Below are positions 12,971-24,642 of a DNA stretch of 64,000 bases, one piece after another. The stretch lies in contig OX597823.1 of NCBI GenBank assembly GCA_951406725.2, positions 37,510,001 through 37,574,000 of the forward strand, written 5' to 3'. Position numbers and translations under genes: made by a program. The notes beneath the pieces were generated by a model that was not told the DNA's origin, did not search any database, and saw only the letters and a program-made list of their open reading frames with translations. Numbering within the stretch: the stretch's first letter is position 1; each line of letters opens with the position of its first letter. The DNA is from Octopus vulgaris. Lineage: Eukaryota.

Positions 12971-14798
12971 TAGAAGTGAGCACCAGAGATGGGGATGATC
13001 ATTTCAAGAGAAAGACAGCAGTCACTGAATCAGTAGCAATCCAGTCAAAATAGCTTTTAAACCCTGATTAAAATATAATTAACAGAAGGTATGGCTGTGT
13101 GATTAAGAAACTTGCTTCCCAACCAGGAGTGCATGGCACCTTGGGTAAGAGTCTTCTATTATATCCCCAGGTCAACCAAAGCCTTGTGAATCCATTTAAC
13201 AGAAAGAAACCGAAAGGCCAGCATGTGTGTGTGTGTCTATGTGTACCCTTGATTTGACATCACATGATGTTTGTAAACAAACATCACTGATCACTGTTAT
13301 ACAAGTGATGCTGTTGGTTTCCAGTCTGGCTTTGGTAAATATTACCTTGCTTAGAAACAGGTGAGGGTTGGTGACAGGAAAGGCATTCAACTATAGAAAT
13401 TCTTCCTCAACAAATTCCATTGAACCTATGCAAATATAGAAGAGTGGACAGATGACTAATGAGAATCAACACTAATATGGCTACTCTGTAAAATAGAATT
13501 TTGAAGTTGTTTTTATCGAATCCATGATGAAAATGTTGTGATCCTTAAAAGTTAAAAAACTAAACTCCAACAAATGTAAGCAAATCAAAGAACTAACAAA
13601 CTGTTAAGTTAATTACAAATACAGTAAAGACAAAAGACTGTCTACCAACAACTGAGGAAAAATAAAATTGACATACTATATCCACAGGTTTTCACATATT
13701 TCCATTAAATTTTTTGTATATACACAAATTAGTACAGTAGTAGATATATTGATCTGCAAGTTCTCACCTGGTGCAAGATATTAATTTCAGGCAAAACTAT
13801 AATAATCAAAAACCTAAAAGAGAAATGTAACTCAACAGTTGAAATCAAGAAACTGTCCGGAAAGTTCTGTGTGAAATAAATAATGTACACACTCCAAAGA
13901 TACTGTGACCATTAAATTTGCTGTTGATTGTAAGCCAAATTCCATAACCACTAAGCCATGAGCTATCACATGTGGGAAGGGAATTAAAAATAGATAATGT
14001 TCATGCTAGGTGTTTTCCTCCACTATTAAGCAATTAAAGTATCTTAGTAAACTAAGGAAATAAACTCACCAAGGAAACAATGCAATGCTGATGGCAAATG
14101 TGAGCTCATCACTTGCCACTAATGTCATAAAATGCCTCTCAGTCTCAAAACTAAAGAATGTCAAGTAATAATATGCTTGATTCCACTTCTACAAATGCAA
14201 CATTTGTAGAAATAGAATCAATGCAATATCTGAAGCAAATATATTTCTTTATTGCTGTGTGTCTGTGATACTGTTTAGTAGAAGAAAAAAAGTTTAAATC
14301 ATGCACACACACAAACACTTTATCTTTCTCTCTCTTTCTTTCTCTGCTAGTCAGTAGATAAAAAAAATTCATGCAAACAATTTCAGAGCTAGTTTCCTCT
14401 CTCTGTAGAATATCTGTCTACCATTTATGATTGCTTCAGTAGTTTTGTAGATGACAGTTGCATTGAATATGTAAGAATAAAACCAATTGACAAATTTCAA
14501 AAAAATCTTTGTAGCACTTTAGCTTTAATGAAAAACAGAACAAAGAAACATTAATCACAATTTAAGAAGAGAAAATAGGAAAACTCTAGAAATAATGTTC
14601 CTATAGAATAAGAACTACAACAAAGATAAATGCTCTAAGTAAATGAAATAGGGATTCTATATATATAAAAAGCGTGGGGAGATCTGAATTTTTCAACAAC
14701 CAAATACTTCTGAACATTATCAGAAAATACCCCACTTTTTTACTGCTAGAAATCTCACAACTGATGTTTGGACTATTGGAAAATAGTCAAAAATAAGT

Positions 14799-15148
14799 CT
14801 AACACGATATGGTCCTTTTTTTTTTAACAGGAATTTTTGCAGTATGATGAGAAGAATTTTCAATTTTCTGTGAAGCAGTGTTTACAGCAGTGAGTACCTG
14901 CAGGTTTCTGGGTGAAGCACAAGTTGGCAAATTGGAAGTGGGTTGATAACATTTCCAGGAAGATTGAAAGTGTGTGCCTGTCATAGCTACAACTCCTTCT
15001 TGGTTATTTTCTTCATTATTTTTCCAACAGGTGGTAGGAATCACATGACCAGTTTCAACATTTTCTAATTTCACTTTCACCAATGGCATCATAGTTTTCT
15101 GTTCAGCTTGGGAATAGCCAGGGTCATTCACCTCTTCTTTGACTCTCA
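14799..15148 (-). CDS. IRF: IRF1/2-like terminal coding exon
   Basis: Acceptor TTAATTTTAG|, G+TG gives Val. Reads VRVKEEV...PVKKKRTISC to TAG at 14801-14799, followed by U-rich UTR-like sequence. Confidence 0.85.
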
Positions 15149-16747
15149 CTAAAATTAAACAAACAAATCAAATTTGTTACTTGGTTGCTTCTTGAGTTAT
15201 TAATAATAGTTTGGTAAATTATTTGGGAGATGTGATTTTGACATTTTAGAGGTTTAACAGCTGTGAAGATGTATTATTACTGATAGCAATTTAATGTTCA
15301 TAATTACTTGCAGCAAACTGTATATAATGGGATTAAACATACCATTACATAAATACATGTTTCATTTTTTGAGTAGTAAATAATTTTTTTTAAATGGATC
15401 TTATATATCGTTGCTATCATGTAAAAGTGTCATGAGTCCAAAATGTTGCTTTTTCAGAAAATGAGAAAATTGTTTCACCATTCCATAGCAAAATCTGACA
15501 ATTTTTTTGATAACTTGGCATCTAAAGCAGTTGGAGATATGATAGTTTGACCAAAAGAACCAGCTTTTGCAAGCAAAAATAAATATTGAAAAAACAAAAA
15601 TGCATTTGGTCAAACTTGGACATATGACAGTTTGACATAATAGTGAAGGAAGGAAGGAAAGGAGGGAGGGAGGAAGGTAGGTAGGTAGGTAGGTAGGTAT
15701 AGACGCAAGCATGACAGTATGGTGTGCAGAAGCTCATTTTGCAACCATATGGTTTCAGGTTCAGTTCTTCTGTGCAGCACTTTGGGCAAGTGTTTCCTAC
15801 TATATATAACCCCAGACCAAACAATGCCTTGTGAGCAAATCTGGTTGATGGAAACTGTGTTGAAGTCAATTTTATGTTTTTCTTGATGTTTTTGTTTGTC
15901 CACACACAGACACCATTTGACAACCGGTGTTGGTTTTATTTACATCCCTGTAACTTAGCAGTTCAGCATAAGAGATGGATACAATAAGTACCAGATTTTT
16001 AAAATAAATATTGGGGTCAATTTGTTCAACTAAACTTTAGTATGGCTGCAATCCAATGACTGAAACAATCTAAAAAATAAAAGATATATAACTACATACA
16101 ATACGAACTGTTGAACATATTAGACAGTGAAACTATTGTAGAAGCTAATTACCTTAGATGCACAGGCCAGGAAGTCGGACTAACAAAGAAGAGATACACT
16201 ACCAACTATATTAGTAGATTACATAGTGCACCTACTTCTGTCTTGGTTTTCTAAATCAAAACCCTATGATATTAACCAATAATTTCATCAAACCATTAAG
16301 TCATCACCTCACCTTTATAATTATCAGTATATTGCCAGTATTATTCAATCAACCTTGAAGTCGATGGAATAATTAAATACTAGCACACCTACTCATGCAT
16401 AATTTAACTTCTAAATTCTAAAGACATACATCTGAGAGGCAGGCTCTTAACAACACTTGCCGATCACTGGTCACAATTGAATCAAATCCTTGTATCAGTT
16501 TTTCTCAACCTGCTTCTGTCAACTTACTGACCATGCAACACCCTCTATCAAAACCTATATGTTATATGTAACTCTTCTATCAATTTCTTATCTGATCTTA
16601 TTTTCTGCCTCAAGTTGCACATCTGCAAGAATTCAAACTGAATGTTAACGTCATTTACCTATGATTATTCCTTAGTCTTTGAAGACCTGAAAATGTTATG
16701 AACTTGCACCATCTCTTCCAACTGACTAACAAGTAATAAAATATAGT

Positions 16748-16857
16748 CTACCCAAAGACAAAAATCATGCTAGTGTTATTACAATGACTTTTGTCTAGCT
16801 GGACACAGACAGACATTCGTACATTACTGTAACTTCAGTAACACTTGACTTTTGTGT
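16748..16857. repeat. 110 bp direct repeat, copy 1 (intron 4)
   Basis: 8 mismatches and no gaps against 18430-18539. Contains a 13 bp stem hairpin. Confidence 0.95.
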
Positions 16858-16906
16858 AAAAACTCTACAATAAAAATATTTTGGGAAAAAATTGTTCAAA
16901 TCTTAC

Positions 16907-17533
16907 CTTGAGGTTTTAATGGTGCATCATCAATATAACAGTGATCTGACAGAAGTTTGTGTTTGGGACATGATGTAACTGGCAATGATTGGGTGGACTC
17001 AGTCACTTTTGGGAAAAAAGGATTCTGTGGTGTCAAATGAGGATTTTGAATTAGAAGAGGAACTTCAGCTGGTGGTGTAAGAGGTACTACAGTGGGTGCA
17101 GCACACTGAAGTAAATTGATGGTGGGTTGTGTGATGGTAACAGCAATAGGTGTGGTGACTGGAAGTTCAGGTGGTGAGCTAATGGAGACAACAGGAAGTG
17201 GTACAGGACAAGAAAGTCTGTCAGACCGAGTTAACTGTGTCAAGGCATCAACAGCATCAGCAGTAGGGTTAGAATATGATGAAGTGTCACAAGTAATGGG
17301 AGTCTGTGTTACAGTTGGAGCTCGAATTGTTCCACGGTGGAGCTGTAGCAATGTATTGGCCACTTCACTATCGCTGAGCAGAGTTTCAGAACTGTCAGAT
17401 TCAGAAAGGCTATTACAAGACATGGAAGAATCTACTGAATGGTTTCTTTTTGGAGAGCTCTTTGGTCTGATTTCTCTATAGAGAGATTTTTGTTTGTCAT
17501 CTTCTTTATCTTCATTAAATGGACAATTTTTCT
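16907..17533 (-). CDS. IRF: IRF1/2-like exon 4, Ser/Pro/Thr-rich region
   Basis: Acceptor TTTACAG| and donor CAAG|GTAAGA. The 627 nt are open and phase-compatible with both neighbouring exons. Confidence 0.9.
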
Positions 17534-18009
17534 CTGTAAATAAACAAAAAAATAACATTTCTTTTAAGGTTGGTATAAAATCACAGAAAAATTATGGATA
17601 CCACCTGGAATTTAAATTTTGGCTTCAGATTTGGTCCACCCAGAAATTATTATTACACTATTAGGCTACACCTCACGCTATATAACGCACTTTTTAACCA
17701 TTTACGAAATAATTTGTGCCAAGAGAATTGATATAATTGTCTAAATGAAACTTGCTACACAGCAAGAATTTATTTTATCACAAGCAAATCAAATCTGACA
17801 GAACTTGATGCCTTGCAATATCTAATTTCTGAGTTTATGCCTAGCCCTCTACCCAGTGCTAAACCCACTACTTATTTGTTTTTATGTTTGTAAGTATGGG
17901 AATCACCATAGTAAGACAAAGATACTCTACATATGCAGGGAAGTGACACATTACATACATAGCTTGTTTTACAGATGCAGTGATTACACTGTGTAACAAA
18001 ATTTAATAT

Positions 18010-18450
18010 TTTTTGTCTTTGGTCAGTAAGTGTTGTTTCTTATTTGCTTCTATCTAGAATTCAAAAGAAATGACTACTATTCCCTTCAAACTTTGCTTTT
18101 GTGAGCTGGACATTAACATTTTGAAACTGACCTATTATCCATTACATTTCAGATGGATTCAGCACTGAGCTGCTGAAACAGAAATATTGTTATAGCAAAT
18201 ATTCTGCTCAATATCACAGATTTGCTGGTCTTGACCATAACCAGTTGAATATGTACCTTAGTGACTGACAAAATGTGCATTTCTGATCAGGAGTGGTGGG
18301 GGAGTATCATAGCCATGTGTTGAGAGGGACGTTTTGGGGTTTGAATAAATACAAGAAAAGCAAAGTTTGAAGGAAATGTTAGCCATTTTTCATACTTTAT
18401 AGGGGAAAGCAACTAGGAAAAAACAGTTGCTACCCAAGGACAAAAATCAT
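18010..18450. mobile_element. Inverted-repeat (MITE-like) element
   Basis: 18010-18100 (...CCCTTCAAACTTTGCTTTT) is an imperfect reverse complement of 18352-18447 (AAAAGCAAAGTTTGAAGG...). Confidence 0.6.
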
Positions 18451-18539
18451 GTTAGTGTTATTACAATGACTTTTGTCTAGCTGGACAAAAACAGATCTTC
18501 ATATATTACTGTAACTTCAGTAACACTTGACTTTTGTGT
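18430..18539. repeat. 110 bp direct repeat, copy 2 (intron 3)
   Basis: Aligns without gaps to 16748-16857. Confidence 0.95.
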
Positions 18540-18890
18540 TGCTGTTTTACTAACGTTTGTAATGTCAAGGTATGACCAGACACTTCCAAACTATACCTGA
18601 ATGCTAGCTTTAGTCAGCAAAGAATGACCAGACACTATACACTTCTATTTTTATATTAGACTTAGTTTAAGAGAGTTGAGCTAAACTCTGTAGTTATCAA
18701 TGTCAACTCAAACCATTCTCCACTAGATATAGTCTCTTTTATATTTATACAAATGAGTCAGTTAATGAAATTAAACTGTGTATATCTGTGAGAAATTATT
18801 TTTCAAATTAAAGAATCAAATTACAAACAATAACGAAGTTCAATTTTTCTTTCTACCTTTTAATACACACAACACTGGAATATCAATTAA

Positions 18891-19442
18891 CCCTTAAGCA
18901 TTTAAACAAGCCATATTTGGCCCAAATATTCTACCTGTTTTATGTTCTAACAGGCCAGATCCAGCCTATTACACCTTGCCTACAATGTCATTCTAAAACT
19001 AGACAATCAAATCAACAAAATTTGAGAGATATGTGATAATGCATGACTAATTCAAAACAATGAATAAATAAGCATTAGAAAAACTAGCACACCATTGGTT
19101 ATGATGACAAAGGTTCTAGTTGATTTGATCAACAGAATAGCCTGTTCGTGAAATTAATGTGTAAATGGCTGAGCATTAAAGACATGCATACCTTTAATGT
19201 AGTTCTCAAGGAGATTCAGGCACAGGATGACAACGCTGGCCTTTTGAAGTACAGGTACTATTCATTATTGCCAGCTGAGTGGACTGGACCAACATGGAAA
19301 AGTGTTTTGCTCAAGGACACAAAACACCACTGAGAATCAAACTCATAGCCATATGATTGTGAGCCAAATACCCTAATCACTAAGCCATACATCTTCACTA
19401 AATAGGCCTTACATTTGACAGAGTAATCTGAATGTTAAAGGG
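18891..19442. mobile_element. piggyBac-like MITE with a nested SINE-like insert
   Basis: TTAA|CCCTTAAGCATT...AATGTTAAAGGG|TTA ends. An uninterrupted inverted copy lies at 47142-47352. Confidence 0.65.
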
Positions 19443-19519
19443 TTATATTTATGGAGAACATTCTGTGGGTATCTACATCATTATTTAACAAAGAGACATG
19501 TCAAAGAACATATACTCAC

Positions 19520-19675
19520 TGTTACAAAAGAATTGGTAAACTTTGTAAGCATTCGTACCACCCTTATGGTTTAAATCAGAGAGTTCTTTGCAATCGGGTA
19601 GACTGTTTAAGGCACAGCGAAATGTTGCTTTAAAGCGTTTTGTGTTGGGCTTGTCTTCTGTTGGTACAAACCTGC
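19520..19675 (-). CDS. IRF: IRF1/2-like exon 3, recognition helix of the DNA-binding domain
   Basis: Acceptor TTTCAG| and donor AACA|GTGAGT, 156 nt. Encodes GRFVPTEDKPNTKRFKATFRCALNSLPDCKEL...AYKVY (compare IRF1 WKANFRCAMNSLPD). Confidence 0.96.
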
Positions 19676-21426
19676 CTGAAATGAAACAATGATACATTAT
19701 TGCTTTATGGATTTAACCAAATGACTTGTCATGGCTACATCACTTACAAACACAGCAGAACTGTTCCTAAACACAAAGACATTTAAAAAAAAAGAAAAAC
19801 CTGGAACCACTAAATATTAAAACTTCTCTCTTATGTGAGCTAAATTAATCACAAAAGATACAAGCTAATCAAAAACCAATAGCAGCCAAATATCCTTCAA
19901 ATTGCGCTCTACTATCTTTACAAAAGATGAAGTTATAAGTTGGAGTGGTCACAGATGGAATGTCTTTAATTATAAGATTTAGTTGGTCTAGGTTGATCTA
20001 GAGTTAAACAAAACAAACTGAATACAGAACATCCGATATCACCTGCTTCAAACATGACACATTTTCAGCATAAAATATGGCACAACTAGCAAGTTGACTG
20101 AAAGTGGAACTTTCCCACCAGTTAAGTGTATAAGTCTGAGTATGGTGAATAAGTGTATAGATCTGAGTATTGTGAATATATTGTGAATTCTAAGTGCTCT
20201 GATAAAGTTGAAGGTTACAATGTGAGAAAAAATTATATCTCAGAGAAATCAAAAGTACTTACTAATGTAAAAATCCAACTTTATTAACTCTCTCTGAGAG
20301 AATGACATTAACTCTCTACAGTTAGAAATACCATTTTGTATATTTGTAAATATTCAATTATGACAGAAGCAGTTTATCTTATTCAGATGCACTTTTGATA
20401 CCAACCTGCTTGAGATGGCTCCTAGCTGATACAGACTTCCTGTTTACAGTAACTTAAATTAAAACCTTCCATCAAAATTTCATGTTCATTTGTTCAAAAC
20501 ACTAACTTAATAATGATAAAATTATTTTACTTAGCTGTTCATTATTTTCAAAATAAATTGAAATAAAAGACAGTGTACCAACAGAAACATGGCAACGAAA
20601 GGGTCAAAGAACCTGAAAATAGTGTTTATGGTACTATATATATATATATAGTGGGTGAGAAATGTGCGCAAATGGATAATGGTATATTTGCACTTAGTGA
20701 CTCAGAGAAGAAAGATGAGTGGAGATGCCCTTATGAAAGGTTATTAAATGTGGAGAATGATTGGGAAAAGGAGAGTCTTTCAAATATCAAACCAACTGAA
20801 AGACCAGCCGTCAGAGTTGATAGCAGTATAATAAATAAGGCAATTTATCTCTTTCTTCTTTACTCTACCACCTCATCCATTCTCTGCTCTTTGTTACTTG
20901 TGAGTATATCCTGACACTTCACCACCATCTCTCTCCTGCTCTCTCCCTTGCACGTTTACTGTTTCCCACTCTCTCTTTCTTTCCCTTTGGCTAGGTAACC
21001 AAGTTTCTCCTTTACATCAGCACAACTGTTTCTGTGCTCTTTCTTGTATGTCCTCTATAGCAAGACACCTGTTTCTGCCTCTCTGTTTCTCTGTCACACT
21101 AACCTTTCATCTTCTGACTCATGATCACCTCCTCCAAAGCAAGATACCTGTTTCTGCCTCTCTGTCACACTCTAACCTTTTATCATTTGACACAAGATCC
21201 CCTCCTCCAATTCCTGCTCCCCTCTCTAAATTTTTTATCTTGCAAGTTACTTGGTGACCCTGCCGGTGTTGGTGCCACAGAAAAAGCATCCAACCGTAAG
21301 AACCCTGTCAAAACAGGTAATGTAGCCTAGGGTAGTCTTCTACCTGGTCAGTTCCTGTCAACTGTCCTACCCATGCATGCATGGAAGATGGACATTAAAA
21401 ATGATGAGGATGATGATATATATATA

Positions 21427-21932
21427 TGAGGTGTGTTCAAAAAGGAATCTGACTTAATTTTTTCCTGCCAAAACTAATGCTGCATGGGCAAAATCCTTTG
21501 GGTGGAAAGTGACACTACCCTTCCTGCATGCATGTGAAAATTTTCATAACTTAGTCAGTTCCCAGCTGTTACACCTAGATGTAACAGATGTGCAGTGCAT
21601 ACTTATTGGATTTTCATTTTCACTGAATGCATCAAGTTTTGTCAAAAGCTTGTGATACTCAAGACCATCCTCACTGGTGATAAGACATGGGTTTATGGTG
21701 TCTGCTTGATGTGTTTGGTCACCTAACATGAAAATGAAAATCTGATGAGCACATACTACACGTCTGTACTCAAGGTGCATTCAAGGCATAAGAGCTGGGA
21801 ACTGACAAAGCCTACCAGTGCAAAATTTTCACACATGTGCAAGAACGGCGGTTCACCTTCCACACAAAATTTTGGCCATGTGACATTAGTTTTGGTCAGA
21901 AAAAATAAAGTTGGATAGTTTTTGAATGCAAA
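21427..21932 (+). mobile_element. Mariner-derived non-autonomous element
   Basis: Imperfect ~120 bp TIRs (GAGGTGTGTTCAAAAA...TTTTTGAATGC) and an internal LTGDKTWVYG remnant of the mariner TGDETWVY motif at about 21670-21700. Confidence 0.65.
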
Positions 21933-22720
21933 CACACACACACACACACACACTACATGGATATGAGGTCATCAACTAAACAATATATGTTGATGAGAGA
22001 GAGACAATGAAAATTTGTACATCTAACAGAAATTATGAATAAAATATTTTTATTTGTAAACAATGAATATGATCTCTAGTTTAAAGCTATTTCAATACAA
22101 AATCCTGTCATAAAGAGAGAAAAATAGTCCAACTGTAATGGAGACGTAATTTCTAACCAATGAAGCTCTTAACTTATTGTTCTTAGCCATTAACTACACA
22201 CATCAAAACCTTATCTACTTCATTTTATATTTTTTTGTTTTGTAGTTAAACAAAACATGAAAAAGAAAGATGGCAGTGGCCTATTAATAAATAATGAGAC
22301 CATGCATATACTTCAATACTTCTTTATTTTCGTGGTCTTTTCTTTTGATAGTTGAGCTACCAACTCCTCACAGTCTAATCCAGTGGACCATGTCAGAAAA
22401 GCAGCTAATAACTGACTAATGTGTTCATAAAATTTCTAAAATAGAATAAGTTTGTTTGTTGAGAAGTGAATTCTGTTGTTTGGGGAAAGGTCTTTCTTGG
22501 AAGATATGAGAAATGTATCCCTTACTTATACACACACATATACTCCCAAACATATTTAGCTAACACACACCTAAAGGTATTTTAAAGAGAAAAAAAATAT
22601 CTTCTTCAAAGAAAGATCAAAATTCACCTTTCTTTACAACCCACAAATTTATTCTAATTCATAACTTTTACCAACAAGTTTTTGCAGTCAAGCAAACACT
22701 ATCTTACTTCAATTCTATTT

Positions 22721-24642
22721 CATCATCATCATCATCATCATCATTTAGCGTCCGTTTTCCATGCTAGCATGGGTTGGACGGTTCTGCTGGGGTCTGTGAA
22801 GCCAGAAGGCTTCATCAGGCCCAGTCAAATCTGGCAGTGTTTCTACGGCTGGATGCCCTTCCTAACGCCAACCACTCCGTGAGTGTAGTGGGTGCTTTTT
22901 ACGTGCCACCCGCACTGGTGCCAGCCAGAGCTGGCAAACGGCCACGAACGGATGGTGTTTTTTATGTGCCACCGGCACGAGGGCCAGGCGAGGCTGGCAA
23001 CGAACACGAAACGGGGCGGTGCTGGCAACGGTCGCGAAACGGAAGGTTCTCTTACATGCCACCGGCACTGGTAACACATCTGCAATTTCCATTGATCGAT
23101 TTCCATTGATCGATTTCGATTCTGATCCTCACTTGCCTCAATGGGTCTTCACAAGCAGAGTTTCGACATGCCACCGGCACTGGTAGCACATCCGCAATTT
23201 CCATTGATCGATTTCGATTCTGATCCTCACTTGCCTCAACACGTCTTCACAAGTAGAGTTTTGTGTCCCAAGAAGGGAAGGTATGCATACGTAGGCTGGC
23301 TCCATCCCATGTAGAAGGCCACGGGTTGTGGACTCACTTGTCCTGCCGGGTCTTCTCGCGCACAGCACACTTCCAGAGGTCTCGGTCTCTAGTCATTTCC
23401 TCGGTGAGACCTAAAGTTCGAAGGTCGTGCTTCACCACCTCGTCCCAGGTTTTCCTGGGTCTGCCTCTTCCACAGGTTCCCTCAACCGCTAGGGTGTGGC
23501 ACTTTTTCACACAACTATCTTCATCCATTCTCGCCACATGACCATACCAGCGCAAACGTCTCTCTTGCACACCACAACTGATGCTTCTTAGGTCCAGCTT
23601 TTCTCTCAAGGTACTTACACTCTGCCGAGTGTGAGTACTGGCATTACACATCCATCGGAGCATACTGGCTTCATTTCTAGCGAGCTTACGCATATCCTCA
23701 GCAGTCACGGCCCATGTTTCACTGCCATGTAGCATGGCTGTTCGTACACACGCATCATACAGTCTGCCTTTCACTCTGTGCGAGAGGCCTTTTGTCACCA
23801 GCAGAGGTAAGAGCTCTCTGAACTTTGCCCAAGCTATTCTTACTCTAGCAGTTACACTTTCAGCACACCCGCCCCCGCTGCTGACTTGGTCACCTAGGTA
23901 ACGGAAACTATCAACTATTTCTAGTTTTTCTCCCTGGAAAGTGACAGAAGTTGGTCTCAGAGCATTTTCAGTGTTTATTGTTCCTGAGCATCTGCCACAT
24001 ACAAAAACCATCTTCCTAGTTAGCCTTCCTTTGACATTGCTGCATCTCTTATGTGTCCATAGCTTACACTTGGTGCATCTTATAGAGTTTCTACCTACAC
24101 CTTTTCTACAGATCGAGCAGGGCCATCTACCTGAAGGTGTTTGTGATTTGTCTACCTTCCTACTGATTACGACTTTGGTTTTAGCTAGATTGACTCTGAG
24201 GCCCTTCGATTCTAATCCTTGTTTCCACACCTGAAACTTCTCCTCCAGTTCTGATAGCGACTCAGCAATTAGAGCAAGGTCATCAGCATAGAGGAGCTCC
24301 CAAGGGCATCCTGTCTTGAATTCCTCCGTTATTGCCTGGAGGACTATGATAAATAGGAGGGGGCTGAGTACTGAGCCTTGGTGGACCCCTACCTCTACCC
24401 GGAATTCTTCACTGTACTCATTTCCAACCCTCACCCTACTAGCGGCGTCCCTATACATGGCCCGCACAGCTCTCACTAACCATTCATCTATCCCTAGTTT
24501 TCTCATTGCCCACCAGATAAGGGATCGGGGGACCCTGTCGAAGGCTTTCTCCATGTCAACAAAAGCCAGGTACAGGGGCTTATCTTTGGCTAGGTATTTC
24601 TCCTGCAGCTGCCTTACCAGGAATATAGCATCAGTAGTACTT
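22721..24642 (-). mobile_element. Young 5'-truncated RTE LINE with TSD
   Basis: Open 406-aa ORF (KAFD, GVHQGSVLSP, YADD) and a (GAT)n tail. TSD AATTCTATTT at 22711-22720 and 24643-24652. Confidence 0.97.
23334..24554 (-). CDS. RTE reverse transcriptase, C-terminal part with embedded PHD-like finger (truncated)
   Basis: RT motifs plus C-x2-C-x10-C-x2-C-x4-H-x2-C-x14-C-x2-C at 24119-23988. Confidence 0.9.
   Translation of the reverse strand: MEKAFDRVPRSLIWWAMRKLGIDEWLVRAVRAMYRDAASRVRVGNEYSEEFRVEVGVHQGSVLSPLLFIIVLQAITEEFKTGCPWELLYADDLALIAESLSELEEKFQVWKQGLESKGLRVNLAKTKVVISRKVDKSQTPSGRWPCSICRKGVGRNSIRCTKCKLWTHKRCSNVKGRLTRKMVFVCGRCSGTINTENALRPTSVTFQGEKLEIVDSFRYLGDQVSSGGGCAESVTARVRIAWAKFRELLPLLVTKGLSHRVKGRLYDACVRTAMLHGSETWAVTAEDMRKLARNEASMLRWMCNASTHTRQSVSTLREKLDLRSISCGVQERRLRWYGHVARMDEDSCVKKCHTLAVEGTCGRGRPRKTWDEVVKHDLRTLGLTEEMTRDRDLWKCAVREKTRQDK

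Noticed and set aside
16748-16857. H/ACA or C/D snoRNA reading of the duplicated element
   Set aside because: No H box or terminal ACA, and no properly placed C/D boxes shared by both copies.
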